A stretch of DNA of 63,275 nucleotides, the filler included, from Collodictyon triciliatum (Eukaryota), in the NCBI GenBank assembly GCA_043381765.1. It is 14 parts of 14 records of this genome, joined end to end, with 100 filler letters (N's around TTAATTAATTAA, not from the genome) between each part and the next. Parts side by side here need not be neighbours in the genome. Positions count along the whole stretch, not along the records: positions 9,527 to 14,191 come from JBHJMP010005867.1; positions 14,292 to 18,954 come from JBHJMP010005868.1; positions 19,055 to 23,717 come from JBHJMP010005869.1; positions 23,818 to 28,479 come from JBHJMP010005870.1; 10 more parts are not named here. The stretch is one strand, 5' to 3'. Every line of letters starts with the position of its first letter. Positions within the stretch are counted from its first letter, which is position 1. Below are positions 12,701-25,241 of this stretch, piece after piece. A model generated the notes under the pieces. It was not told the DNA's origin. It made no database searches and saw only the letters and a list, made by a program, of their open reading frames with translations. A program made the translations under genes and the position numbers.

Positions 12701-13986
12701 GTATCTTCTATCAAAATTTAAAGTGAATGATGAAATAAAATTACCTCGAGTAGATTACATATTCTTCAGGGAAAACGTATGCATCTAATGATATTGACGG
12801 GAACTCTTTATTTGTGTAAGTGTTTGAAATCGCAGCAGAAAGAAGCAGAACGAAAGTAAACGCTATGATTGATTTTGGTAAGTATAATAGTATTTTCTTT
12901 TATAAGTCGAGAAATATGATTTTTTTTAAAAAAAAAATTGATATCGTAACCATCACGTTCGCTTTTTTATTTTAAATAACGTACTTGAATCAAAATAGTA
13001 TATTTCATTTAATATTGTGGAAATATAAAGGAATTACATGCGTAAAGGCAAAAATAAAAGAACTTCTTTCTAGATGCAAACTGTGTCCTCTTGATTATCA
13101 TAGCTAGCATTTGGAGGCAGAATAGAACAATCCTTTGATAGAAGTGTTCAAGAAAAACAATTTTGATTAAAAGAAGTTAGACTTATTGGTAAAAAAGAAA
13201 AAAATAATGCATGATATTGAGTCAACAATAAGATAAAAAAAATCCTGACGGTGGGTACTGGTCACATATAACACTTTCTTCGATCTATACAACCAATAAG
13301 AATTAAATCAATATTGATTTCATAATATTATATAAATGAACTAAACAAAGCTTAAATCAGTCAAATTAAAACCTCTGGAGACGATTGTACTGGCTTCAAT
13401 GGGGTCTACCATTTTATAATTATTTTCCAAAGAAAATGATATAGTGAGTTATCGTGAGTTTAAAAAAAGAGAAGAAAAAGAAGGCATTACCATTAGATAG
13501 TTCCTTACGAATATATATATATATATATATGATGTCAAATTGATAATAACGGTGTCCCATAGTTTGGTATAACTATGCAGTTATTACCTTCTTCCCAATT
13601 ATGCCAAATAAACTGAAAAGAACCCGAAAAAAAGTAGCTATTACCTGTTTAATATTCGATGCTTGTATTGTGTCATCCTGATCCAGCAATTTGGCAAGAA
13701 TCTTTTCAAATGTGAGGGCTATATGATTTAATCGGGATAATTAAAAAAATTCCAAAAGAATGGGACGAAACAACCAAATCATATAGTCATATGAGCTGGT
13801 TTACCCTTATTTTTATTGTTTAGATTTACTATTTTTAAGAAAAAGTGGATTAGATGAGATTATGAGGTAAGAAGGGAATTGATTTTATGACCAACCTTTC
13901 ACTTGGGCATTGGAAAGACCTAAAACACCCTGCCCAATTTCAGGAGAGCTGAGAAAAGATGATAAGCAATTCTCATCCAGGGGAAT
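9719..13986 (-). CDS. ABCA-subfamily transporter, second half (TMD2 and start of NBD2), partial
   Basis: NBD exon [33 protein letters not shown] (Walker A, 9719-9884); ABCA-type FVLMETRRGFRHLQVS..YPMAYWLGNFIFDY; several hydrophobic TM exons. Truncated by linkers on both sides. Confidence 0.75.
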
Positions 13987-14491
13987 CTATGAATTAAATG
14001 GCTCAAGCACTGTATGGGCAGTATATCTTTCTTCTTTTGAAATGGTTCATTTATTATTATCGATGCAGGTGTTGCTATTTATTTATTTATTTATTATTTA
14101 TTATTTATTATTTATTATTTATTATTTATTATTTATTATTTATTATTTATTATTTATTATTTATTATTTATTATTTATTATTTATTATTTANNNNNNNNN
14201 NNNNNNNNNNNNNNNNNNNNNNNNNNNNNNNNNNNTTAATTAATTAANNNNNNNNNNNNNNNNNNNNNNNNNNNNNNNNNNNNNNNNNNNNAAAAGAAAA
14301 AAAAGAAAAAAAGAAAAAAAAGAAAAAAAAGAAAAAAAAGAAAAAAAAGAAAAAAAGAAAAAAAGAAAAAAAAGAAAAAAAAGAAAAAAAGAAAAAAAAA
14401 GAGGTTTTTTTTTTTGGGTGGGTTTTGGCTCATAGTCAGACACCGAGGATGCTAAGGAAAATATAGGTTATCCCTCGCCTATGTTTAGATT

Positions 14492-17400
14492 TCACCGTCG
14501 AAAAGTCCGGAAGCCACGCGAGCCGTGTTGTGGGCCATATCGCGGGCGATGTTGCTTTTGGTCGGGAGCTGTCGATGAGGCCAAGCTTTCCACTCGGTCC
14601 ATGACCTGCTTTAGTCCGTCTGTTTGTTTCTCGACAATATCGATAATCATTCTTCTGCAAGAATCGAGGAAAAGCTCGTTGTCTCTCATCAACCGCAGAG
14701 GTACACATGCAGTCGGGAGCTGATCGTCCTTCACTGTCTGATGCAAATACTCGAGTATTGAGCGGATGCGAATCCTGGCCGGGCTGTCCCTAGATAAAAT
14801 CCCTCTGGCCACCAAATATCTCTCAGAGTTAACGACACGGCTATGCGCGGGTTTCACTATGTGAACCTGTTACAGGTTGTAATGCATACATTAGGAATAG
14901 ATAGAACTTGCTTCAGGTGGCCGTCAATAAAGCTATATTGTTGATATTTTCCTTTATTCCTTGTTTTTACTTGTTTTTTTTTTTTTTACTTACTTACCCC
15001 TTCATTTATAAAAATTTCCTTTTCCTTTTCATATTTCTCATAATAATGTCATTCTTCGGAGATTGTTTTTTTTCTCCTTTAAAGCATATATCCCAACCTG
15101 ACGGAAAATCTGGGCGCACAGGTAAAGGAGGCTCAGCGTGAATGACGAGAAGCAATCGTACATCTTGCAAACGAAAGAGCCGCCTTCTCGGAGCAACAAA
15201 GTTGCACAGAATATTTCACTCATGATAATTCTCCCAGAGAGGAGCTCCTGTTTTATTCACAAACGGATAAATTATCATAGTTATTATTCTTTCATTTTTT
15301 TCCCCATACAGACCATTATCACATACGGAGACGAAGATAGTTCTCATAGTTTTGCTTTTCAGCGTAATAAGGCATGAATTCATTTTTCAGGGTTTAAAGG
15401 AAACAAACTTGGATGTTTTCGAGATGCTCTCCTGTTGAGCTTTTTGGTATCTCAAAACCGCCATCAGCGATGACACTGTGCAAACCATTCGGACTATGTT
15501 TCAGAACCAACTGCATTCAGAGCCAGCGTGTGCATTTAGAAGGATGACAGAAAAAAAAAAACAACCAAAAATTAAAGTTAAAGACATCTGATCATAATAT
15601 GATCTCAAGATACTTGAATAACTAATATTCATATATATATATATATGTCATTATTGGTCAATTCTTTGTCTGAAACGAGAGAGAAAAGAGGATGATTATG
15701 AATATGCAAACAACCTCTTCAAATCCTCGGATGTTGTCCATGTTGTAAATGTTTCCCGTCCCGTCTACCCCATCGTATCTGTGAAAATTTGGATTGTCTA
15801 CAAGAAGAGGATACCATACGTCTGTTGTTGGGACAGAATCACCAATTAATGTCATTCCAAATCCCACAGCAAAAGGCTCCTGCAGTCATTTGTTATAAAA
15901 GGGTTGAAAAATAAAATAAAATAAGACAATAAGAACGTAAGGAGGCCAATAAATGGTAGCAACTCATGACAGGATAATTATCCATGGAAAACCTATTTTT
16001 TTTTGGAAAAAAAAGCTTGTTAAACTCAAGTTGTATGGGATTGGAATAAGACCTCCAGCATCATATACTGAGACCATGCACCCGGACCTCCGCAAATATC
16101 GGCAAAAAAATAATCAGTCTAAGGAAAAAAAAACACCCATCAGCCTGAATCACTCATCAGTTTACTCTTCAAAAGTGAGAAAAATTGATGAGGTAAGATT
16201 CAAGAATATATATATATATATATTCAATTCTAAAAGACAAGGTCTCACAGAATCCCCGTCTCTCTGGATGAATGGTGCAGCTTGATTCACCTATGATTAT
16301 TTATCACATTTAGTATAAGAATAAATGAGAATGATTAAACAAAGGTTGTTTCACAGACTATAGAAAAATTCATATAAAAGGCGCAAAAACCACACCAGAC
16401 TGTGGAATATGAAAACCATTAATTGAATAAAAAAACAAAACCGCTTAACTTCTATGTATTTTCTTTTTCTCACATGGTTGATATCATTTAATCGTTAACA
16501 GAGAGAAAACAAAACAAAACAAAACAAAACAAAACAAAACAAAACAAAACAAAACAAAACAAAACAAAACAAAACAAAACAAAACAAAACAAAACAAAAC
16601 AAAACAAAACAAAACACAGCTTATTGAAAAGAAACCTCTTTTAATTTATCTCCGGCACGATTCCAGTAGTTTGTGCTTCCTTTCTTATCCAATGGGAACA
16701 GTATATCTCTTTCCTTTAAAAAAATTTAGACAAAAAAATGACAGTATATCAGTTGGCATGAAAGATTACTCTGCATCGGTAATGTTTGTAGTATTTATAA
16801 AAACCTGATAGTATAATCGTGAGAGCCCTTTGTCAAATACTGAATCAATCCTTGATTTTTGTTCCCAAAGGTTTTCTACTTTTTCGTCAGGAACCCATCC
16901 AGCTTTCGAAATTCTCGGCTTCTCGTGACACTGTGTCGGCACAAAAGAAAACCAAAATAAGTACATACTCACTCATCATTTTTTGTGCGCAACGAAAGAT
17001 GGGAAATAGCGATTTATAAACCAATAAAATGTTAAAGTGCTTCCCTATACTGAAAATAAATGTAAAACAGCAAAAAAAAAAAAAAAAAGATAAATCGTGT
17101 TGTTCATATAAAAAGTAGTCACGGATTTTAGCTCCAGATCTTCGTGTGAAAAGTCAAAGTCTAAGTTCTCTGTAACGTAATAGAGATCGAATCATATTAT
17201 TTGAAATTAGAATAAATAGGCTAGCTTATCTGTAATCATACGTTAAAAAACATTCCAAGATTGAAACTCAAAACAGCGATATGACAATTAAATTTGAAAG
17301 TGATTTGAAGGTTTAAAAGAGGGAAACAGGAAAAAAAAAACACCAAAAGAAACAAAATAGAGGCAATAGCTATATCAAAAGAAATATAGAGTAGAAAAAC

Positions 17401-18096
17401 AAAAGGCCGATGCAGCACCCAGTAAAAAAAAAAAAAAAGAAAAAAAAGGAGGAAGTAAATATAAAATCATACGAAGAAAAAAAGACCAAGATAATTTCTT
17501 GGAAACACGATGACATGGTGCCCTCACGCGGAGAGAATCAAAAGCACATAACCAGATATAAAAAGATCACCTTCAATCAACGCACGTATCTCATACGCAG
17601 CAACAACACGCTCTCCTTTTAGGACCGGACTCGCACTCGCACGTGACGAACCTGCAGCATAAAAGCGCCCACGAAAAGCAGGCACTGATCCGGTTCTTTG
17701 GAGCCTTTGCGTCTCCGCCTGCTTCTGCTCCTTCTGGCCGGCTTCATGCGTTGCGGGTGTGTTTGTCTCGCCAAAGTCGCCTGCGTTGCGATCAAGCTTT
17801 GGCGCAGGCTGCGATGCGCCGGGCAGAGTCTGTTTGCGGGCTCCAAAGAGCGCCACAGAAAACAACGATCGTGTGGCTTGTTTCTTTGCTGGCGGCGCAT
17901 CGTGTTCGAGAAAAGTGGCTGCGTTTTGAGGCGGGCGCGGATCTGCGTTTGGAGTGTTGTGCGACTCGGCAGTCGACTCGTTTTCTGGGGCGTTTGCGTG
18001 GTCAAAGCGGACCGCCTCGGTTTCGTCGTAGTTGTCGTCGTCTTCGTCTTCTTCTTCGAGTTCGTGGATGGAGCGATCGGTGCGGCTGCGCTTCAT
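14492..18096 (-). CDS. CMTR1: Cap-specific mRNA (nucleoside-2'-O)-methyltransferase 1 (FtsJ/RrmJ fold)
   Basis: Motifs WNRAGDKLKE, FADICGGPGCISQY, GFGMTL, GVDGTGNIY, VIADGGF, GGSFVCKMYDCFS and KPAHSRVVNSERYLVARG give the full K-D-K-E tetrad. The GC-rich 5' exon (~17553-18096) splices in frame through DFDFSHEDLELKS (~17113-17160). The start could be a slightly upstream ATG. Confidence 0.85.
16506..16615. repeat. (AAAAC)n microsatellite in CMTR1 intron
   Basis: Perfect pentanucleotide run. Confidence 0.95.
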
Positions 18097-18857
18097 TCTG
18101 GCTTTTGCTTGGACAAGTCGGCTTTGTCTGGTGTTTGGTTTCTTTGTTTTCGTCGATTTGTTCACAACCAAGCGACTCTTGTTTTTTTCTTTTTGACTCT
18201 TTCGTTTCGTTTTCATCTTCAGTCGCTCTCTTCCTTCCTTCCTTCCTTCCTTCACTTTAATTCCGTTTTTTTCTCTCCATTTCTTTTATTTCATTTTCTC
18301 TTTTTTCTTCTGTTCAAATAGCAATCTGTTCTCTTTTGCTTTCTGCCAATCTATTTAATTGTTCTTTTCTTTTCCTATTTTTTTCTTGATTTTTTTTCTT
18401 TTTCCAACGGGCATTGAGAGTCGTGGTTGTTTTAGCTCTCGAGAGGGTGCAGAAGCAGCTGCTGTGATTGCCATGTGTTTTGCGATAGATTAGTTGTGGC
18501 AGCTGCAAAGAGAATGAAAGGAAGAAAAGAAGATAAAAAAAATAAAAGAAAGAAAGGAAGATGAAAGAAAGGAAGGATAGTGAATGAGAAGAAAAAGGTT
18601 GAAAAGGCATGATGATTAGATTGTGTCAATCAGTTCTTCACGCAAAGCAGCATTTTTGGCTCGAAGTGTACTGCTGAGAGGGCTCGATACTGGGGAAAGA
18701 GCTCTGTGTTGGCGTCGGCGAATGACAGAGCGTTCGCGTATTATGTCGGTGGCAGTTGGATGCGTAAACTTGAGGTAGCTTTGAGGTCGAGTATTGACAC
18801 AGGAAACAGAGTACATGCAAAACAACAAAGATTAGTATGTCTGATAGATGGGCTGGG

Positions 18858-18954
<97 letters not shown>
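18858..18954. repeat. (GATA)n microsatellite at contig end
   Basis: Perfect tandem GATA up to the linker. Confidence 0.95.
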
Positions 18955-19054
18955 NNNNNNNNNNNNNNNNNNNNNNNNNNNNNNNNNNNNNNNNNNNNTT
19001 AATTAATTAANNNNNNNNNNNNNNNNNNNNNNNNNNNNNNNNNNNNNNNNNNNN

Positions 19055-20504
19055 GATGTGAGTTCATTTCTAAAATTATCAGAGGAATATGGTTACGAAA
19101 ACAGCTCCAGTCGGGAAAGAAAGGAAGTCAAAAAATTTACCCATTCTCAATTAGTAGAACATATTAAGCGGAAATCTGACGAAAGTTCAAACAGATTGCT
19201 GGAGAAAGTTAAAACTTTAAGACTCAATGGTGACATTATATCCAAACTCGACCAAAAATCTGTGTGTGATAAACATTCTGTTTCAACGCAAGAAATACTC
19301 TTTTTTGTTGAAGTGTTCAATGGAAAAATCAAACGAGAGGAACAGACGAGACCCCTCTATTCCGTGCGGGCGAGCATTCAATATTTTCCTATGGATTGTG
19401 AAATAAGTCGAGCAACTTCCCTGTGTATCACTAAAATGAAAGAATTTGAAAGGATTCCCGAGTCTATAAAGACTATGACCCAACTGAAGCATCTCTCTTT
19501 GCACTCGAACAAGGTGATAGATTCAAATTAATGAATTCTGAATTACTTTCTGCTTATTTAGCGATGAAATATTATGCTTAATTTTTTTAGCTGGTGTCTT
19601 TTCCAGAACAATGCCTCGCCTTGACAAATTTAGAGTTCCTGGATTTATCTGATAACAAGGTTTTTAATAAACTAATCTGAATAAACATATTTGAGAACCA
19701 GGCTCCAGCTTGCCTGTCGGTATGTCATATATTAGTAATAGTTGAATAAACAATCTTACTAGATATCTTCCCTGCCTCCTGAGATATCGGCGTTAGCTAG
19801 CCTCACTCACTTGGTGATATATGGAAACTCAGTTTGTTTTCGATGCTATATCATTTTTACACATTTTAGTTTATATTTATTTAATCCGATAGCCGATTTA
19901 TTTCATTTTATTTTGTTTATTTTTTTTATTTAATCTAATTGCCCATTTTTAGATACATGAAATACCCAGAGAAATATCTACACTTTCGAATTTAAGAAAA
20001 CTTAAATTATTCAACCTGCTGGAGGAGACCAGTACAAAAAGAATTCCAAGAGGAATCACGAATCTCCCCTGCTGGAAGCAACTTGCCACGACGATGCATA
20101 AAGGAATGACACTATATGACCATGTACAATTTTTATAAATAGACAAATGCATGGTTGTCATTTCAAATGCACATATTGATTCATAACTGTCTTTATTTTA
20201 TCTCGATTCGCTATAGGTCGAGCCCCTTCAATCATACTCATCCCCAATGACAGATGACCAGCCGAGCTCATCTTCATTCGACCACTTTTCGAAACCAGTA
20301 AAAGATATGGACAGCTCTGAACTTTGCTCGTATCTGGAAAAAACTAAAGTTTTGCTGAAGTTTATCACTGTCATTCGAAAGATTAAAGCCACTGGTGAAG
20401 AGTTCCTGGAGTTGGCCGAAGAAGACTTAGTATCTTCTCCATTCTTCTTGACGAAAATTCAATCAAAGCTAATTATGAATATGATTAAGGAGGCCAAACG
20501 ATGA
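19055..20504 (+). CDS. Leucine-rich-repeat protein flanked by SAM-like domains, 5' partial
   Basis: Exons 19055-19513, 19591-19659, 19763-19831, 19953-20123 and 20217-20504. LRRs are IPESIKTMTQLKHLSLHSNK, LVSFPEQCLALTNLEFLDLSDNK, ISSLPPEISALASLTHLVIYGNS and IHEIPREISTLSNLRKLKL. The C-terminal PVKDMDSSELCSYLEK..IRKIKATGEEFLELAEEDL..KLIMNMIKE is SAM-like. Confidence 0.75.
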
Positions 20505-20714
20505 TAAATTCATCCGTGTCCTCCACTTTGATTTCTCGACCATAAGACCAAGCTTTCCATCAGCCTCTTTTACCTCGTGATTTCTCTGATAATTAGTTCT
20601 GGAAAAGAATAAAACAAAACATTTCACTATTTCTTGGATGTAAGTTTAAGTATTTAAAACTCCTATCTATTGTCCTAGTGCGGCAAATGATTTTCTCAAG
20701 AGAAACTACATCAA

Positions 20715-21141
20715 ATCTGCATCCAAATGCGAAAACATTCTGGGCAGTGACGCAACGCCATTTGCTATGGACTGTGCGGATAGCGCGCATATACTCACGC
20801 AAAGCAAGACTCAACAACCAGTCACCCATTCCTGATAACAGACTGGATGACATCATACAAATCTCTTTGCTCAACAGCTTCCTTCGCCACCTGCACGTTC
20901 TCTACTACTCCGACCCTGTGAGGAGAGACATGTAGAAAGAGGCTGAGAAAGAGATTAAACCTCGCCTTGTCTCTCATGCAAGCACAAGACCTAGGCTACA
21001 GGCCAAACTGAAAGATGCAATCCTGATTACCGACTACTTCTCCGCCACCCGGCCACCAAGTACCGTCCATGCAAACAATGGCTGGTGAACCAAAGCCAAC
21101 ATCTCAACCATCCCGCACAAAATTGAAAGGAAGACTAAAAA
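20715..21141 (+). mobile_element. Decayed 3' end of a non-LTR (LINE-like) retrotransposon
   Basis: Residual frame FWAVTQRHLLWTVRIARIYSRK...YRPCKQWLVNQSQHLNHPAQN* is followed by a short A tail. Its last ~83 nt recur with 10 mismatches at 42002-42086, there with a TSD. The 5' boundary is approximate. Confidence 0.6.
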
Positions 21142-21169
21142 GATATCATGTTTCAAACTAAGAGATAAA

Positions 21170-22290
21170 GTAAAGCGGTTCTTTTTTTTGAACGCTCCTG
21201 GTGGCTATGGTAAAAGATTCATAATCAATTCGATACCTGCAATAGTCAGGGAATATAAACAAATTGTCGTCGGAGCGGCATCATCAGATATAGCTGTAAC
21301 TATAAAGCAAGGTAGAAGAACAGCTGGCTCTGTAATTAAGATTCTATTGGATATTTCAACTTCGGGTACTGAATAAAACTCTGATAAAGCATTTGCTCTG
21401 GCATGTAAGATTATCATACAGGATGAGTATATTATGACCCACAGAAAAGCTGTTGAAGCTACCAGCGCTATTTTAAAGGGTGAAGTTCCATTTTGGCCAC
21501 TTTAGGCACACTCTTCCTGTCTTACCAGGTGACACGCAGTTGATGGATAGGATGCATGTCTGAATAATTCGTATTTTTTTTTATGCATTGTATAACTTTG
21601 AATGAAAAAAGGACAGTTTTTCTTGCCAGATATACTCAGGTAGAGATGTAAGTACCAACTTGCTGAGACCGAAGGATGAAAAGATAGCGGAGCGTGATAT
21701 AAAGTTGATTGCTATTTGATTAGAGGTTGGCAGCTTTTTTAAGCTTTATGAATGCTCTTATGAATACCTTGTATAATAACACCAACCAACCAAAAAAAAA
21801 AGAAAGAGATTGATAAGGATTTGCTGGGTAGGATAACCGTACTTGCCTCAAAGAATCGGTTGGTTCCATATGTCAACAAAATTATTCGAGACAGAATATC
21901 ATGGCATATAGCAACTTGCAAATTACTTGATTCTAATATTGACCCCTAACATTCTACGATGTTTTCTGTAAAGATTTTGAATACTCTGAAACTTTCTGGA
22001 TTTCTATCATATGTAATACAATTGAAAGGGGGTTTCTAGTATTCTTACTACGAACTTTGCAGCCCCGATGCTTTGCAACAGAACCAGACTGACGATAAAA
22101 CTTGTGAACATCAATTTAGTCAAGTCAGAAATCCTGATTGGATGTGAAAAAGTGAAACTATTATTCCCATAGACATGTTTGGTATCGAAAACCATACCAG
22201 CTCCATGAAGAGCCTATTTCCTGATGAGACTCGCTTATTCCGAGCACATAGAAGAAAGGACAGGGTATGTCATTGAGTGTCGTTAGAGTC
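21170..22290 (+). pseudogene. Degenerate Helitron PIF1-like helicase
   Basis: FFLNAPGGYGKRFIIN..VVGAASSDIAV..GRRTAGSVIK, IIIQDEYIMTHRKAVEA and LNTLKLSGFLSYVIQLK..APMLCNRTRL correspond to Helitron helicase motifs (DAPGGTGKT, ASSGIAA, GRTAHS, IIWDE, LCNGTRL). Many stops and frameshifts, no introns. Confidence 0.85.
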
Positions 22291-22769
22291 AATCTTGGAG
22301 AGTCTTTCTTTTATCTTGTTCATTAAAACATTTGATTTTCAAGAATTAGAACCTGCAACAACTTCTCCTTACTTGCCCTGAACAGAAGCACGAATAATAC
22401 CGTTCACCAAGGTGCTTTGGGACGTGATGAAGAGGGAGATATCCAACCACAACCACAACCACAACAAAATAAATAACAAAAAAGCGAAAAAGAAAGCAAA
22501 TAATAATGATTTCGGTAAAACATTTTCGGTAAAAAGGCAAATTAAGACATTCACGAAGTAATAGTATACAAGACTTAGAGCTGGCAGATAAGTTATGAGT
22601 GGCGCTGGTCGTTTCCTTCATTTTTTAGAGGCTATTTCTTGTATATATTTTTTTTATTATATTGTCCAGGGCTGTTAAGTATAATATCGAAAAAAAATAG
22701 AAGTAATATATAAACGGAGAAAAAAAGGCAGATTTACATTATTCGACAGGACTATTGGGTGAGAGAATG

Positions 22770-23530
22770 CCCTGATGAACTCTTTGATAGGTAAGACGCC
22801 ATGAGGGTCACGCCATTAAATATGGAGATAATCTGAGGACTCGGAGATGTGCAAAATAAAGTCTACAAAGATGTGGGTAATAGTGGAGATGCTTTAACTC
22901 CGGGCAAGGTGGTGACGAATTCGCACTGGAGAAAAGGCAAAGAAAAAAGCAGAGGGGTCAAGCCAGTCGGTGTGAATTAGTCATGATGTCTTCGTTGGCC
23001 ATTATAGTCATGCTTTTGAAAAAACAAAGCCTATGAAGCGACCGCCCTCCTTGGTGGCCATTGCCCAGAAAGAGACAGAGTCTTGGCAGGCCAGAAGGGG
23101 GAGCTGGAAATATTTTCATCGAGAAGAGTCCTTCTTGGTGAACCTTGTAAACCACCACATAAAGCAGCCCTGACGCGCGTTGTGGAATGACAGCAAGGCA
23201 TTCGATACGGGCAAGGAGGAAACGTCAAGAATTACTTTCGGCTGCATTGTGTGAATTATCTTGTAACGAGGGTTATCAGTGCTGCAGGCTGGTCGTTCTC
23301 TTACTCTAAAGCCTCAGTTTCGAAGTGAGTCAACCAAAAAGATTCTGAGTTGATCGCCTAGCATGCCTCGCTTCGGGATCATTGATGTATTTGCAAGTCT
23401 TTTGCGCTGAGATTTCTTTTTTGAGTCTTTGCAGTCGCTCAACACTTGCGAGAGAACGACAAGGACAATGCCGAATGGAAAAGATGATTGCAAAGGAGGG
23501 AGCCGTTGCGCCTCACATGGCACATAGTTG
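22770..23530 (-). mobile_element. Possible highly decayed LINE ORF2 fragment
   Basis: Intron-free, relatively GC-rich block with broken frames. DSVSFWAMATKEGG loosely resembles the post-RT W...PK.EGG motif of L1/Tx1 elements. Confidence 0.25.
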
Positions 23531-23862
23531 TTGGCATGCTATTCTAGGATGTGTTTAGCATGGCTTCTTATATTATAATTCTTATTATTCATGTTTATTG
23601 CTATATTATTTCACATCAACTATATCCTTCAATGAATTATAGAGCCTCGATCGTTACATATACTATAAATTCCAGATTTTAATAAGTCTTCTACCGAACA
23701 CTTTCCATACAAAAAAANNNNNNNNNNNNNNNNNNNNNNNNNNNNNNNNNNNNNNNNNNNNTTAATTAATTAANNNNNNNNNNNNNNNNNNNNNNNNNNN
23801 NNNNNNNNNNNNNNNNNAAGAATATTCAGTCGTGATGAGTTGCCAACTTTCTAAAATCATTC

Positions 23863-23958
<96 letters not shown>

Positions 23959-24080
23959 TATGATCATTATCGAGTATTAGTATTGATTCGTGATTTTTGT
24001 GTGTATTGATGAATATTTTTTTTTGCTGTCTGTGTTTCACAATCGACATTATACACCAACCCTACTTTTATCATGTACAG

Positions 24081-25241
24081 AAAAGCGACATTCTGGAACT
24101 TCCTAAAGTACCTCAAATCCAAAGGCAACCTCGTATAACTAAAAACATGTTAAACTATATCGTGCATCATGTCTTTTCCTGTTATGTTTTGAATCAATAA
24201 CAGCTATTTTAACAAAATTAAATATAATACCCAATAAATTATTAAAATCCATCATAATATTTAAAATACACCCTCTTTCACTTAGCAGCCAGCCTTGTGA
24301 AAACTCGTAATGTCCAGGCTAAGATGAATCCTGTGGAGCTCTATCATTCATTTCCTATTCGCGTGATTCATGGCGACATCTTTTCCATGGTCGGAGACAG
24401 CACCATAACCACCGAGCCCGTAAGCCTTAGCGTATCCACCGGATTTTCTCATGCAATCAATCGAATGTGCGATGGTCAGCTTAGTCAGAATTTAAGGAGT
24501 ATATGCAGTAACCCGCAACCAAACCAAAGTACGTGATAGGATATGTGTGTTCGATCGATATTTTGCCTCTTGGGAATTTTTTTCCATTATTGCTCGTTAC
24601 TTTTTTTTTTCATTTGAGAGATATGGCCTTCCACCATCGTACGCACTACTAAATAACTACAAGCTATACACTTGTTGGCAACGTGATACATACTGTATTT
24701 ATTTTTGTCCATCCATGGTATTTTGTAGTGATTAAAGTCACGGTGAATACATATTGTTTTCGGTCGGTATATTTCTTTCTTGTTCCTGAATCGGGCTATA
24801 GAGTCCAGGAAATTGAATCCATAGTATCTAAGTATATGACGAGCAGCCATCATTGTAGAGTATGACTATATACGTTTTCTATTTCCTTCTTACATATGCC
24901 AAGTCGTTAAGTTGCCCAATTTACTACGCTTTTATAACTATTTCTTTAAAATTATCCTTTGATTTAATCCCTAATATCCGCTTTTTTTTCCCTCCATATT
25001 TTGTATCTAGGAGAAGTCCTTGCTAATTCCTTGTATCAGAGACAATCAGAAGAAGCATTCGACAGCAGACATCGTTCATCACATCGTCAAGGCTGTGGTG
25101 GAGTGGCTTCGGGAAAACCGAAACGATTTTGAAAACATTACATTCATAGAGTAAGACTCTGCTACGTTCATCTTTGAAATTATTTACAGGATTGCTGGGA
25201 CATATGGTGTATATTTCTTTGGTATCACAAATAACGAATAG
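24081..25241 (+). CDS. Protein with a divergent C-terminal macro-like domain, 5' partial
   Basis: IRVIHGDIFSMVGDSTI (cf. macro IxVxxGDIT...DAIV) and EKSLLIPCI..TADIVHHIVKAVVEWLRENRNDFENITFIE (cf. SIAFPAI..A..A...V.EFL.....L..V.F). Internal splicing is uncertain. Confidence 0.55.

Noticed and set aside
17643-18321. Two ~205-aa plus-strand ORFs
   Set aside because: They are antisense to the GC-rich CMTR1 first exon, where stops are rare, and show no recognisable motifs.
24620-24700. In-frame TAA before a macro-like VIHTV motif, suggesting stop-codon reassignment
   Set aside because: A canonical GT-AG splicing path can skip it, and other genes in the window end at TAA, TAG or TGA normally.
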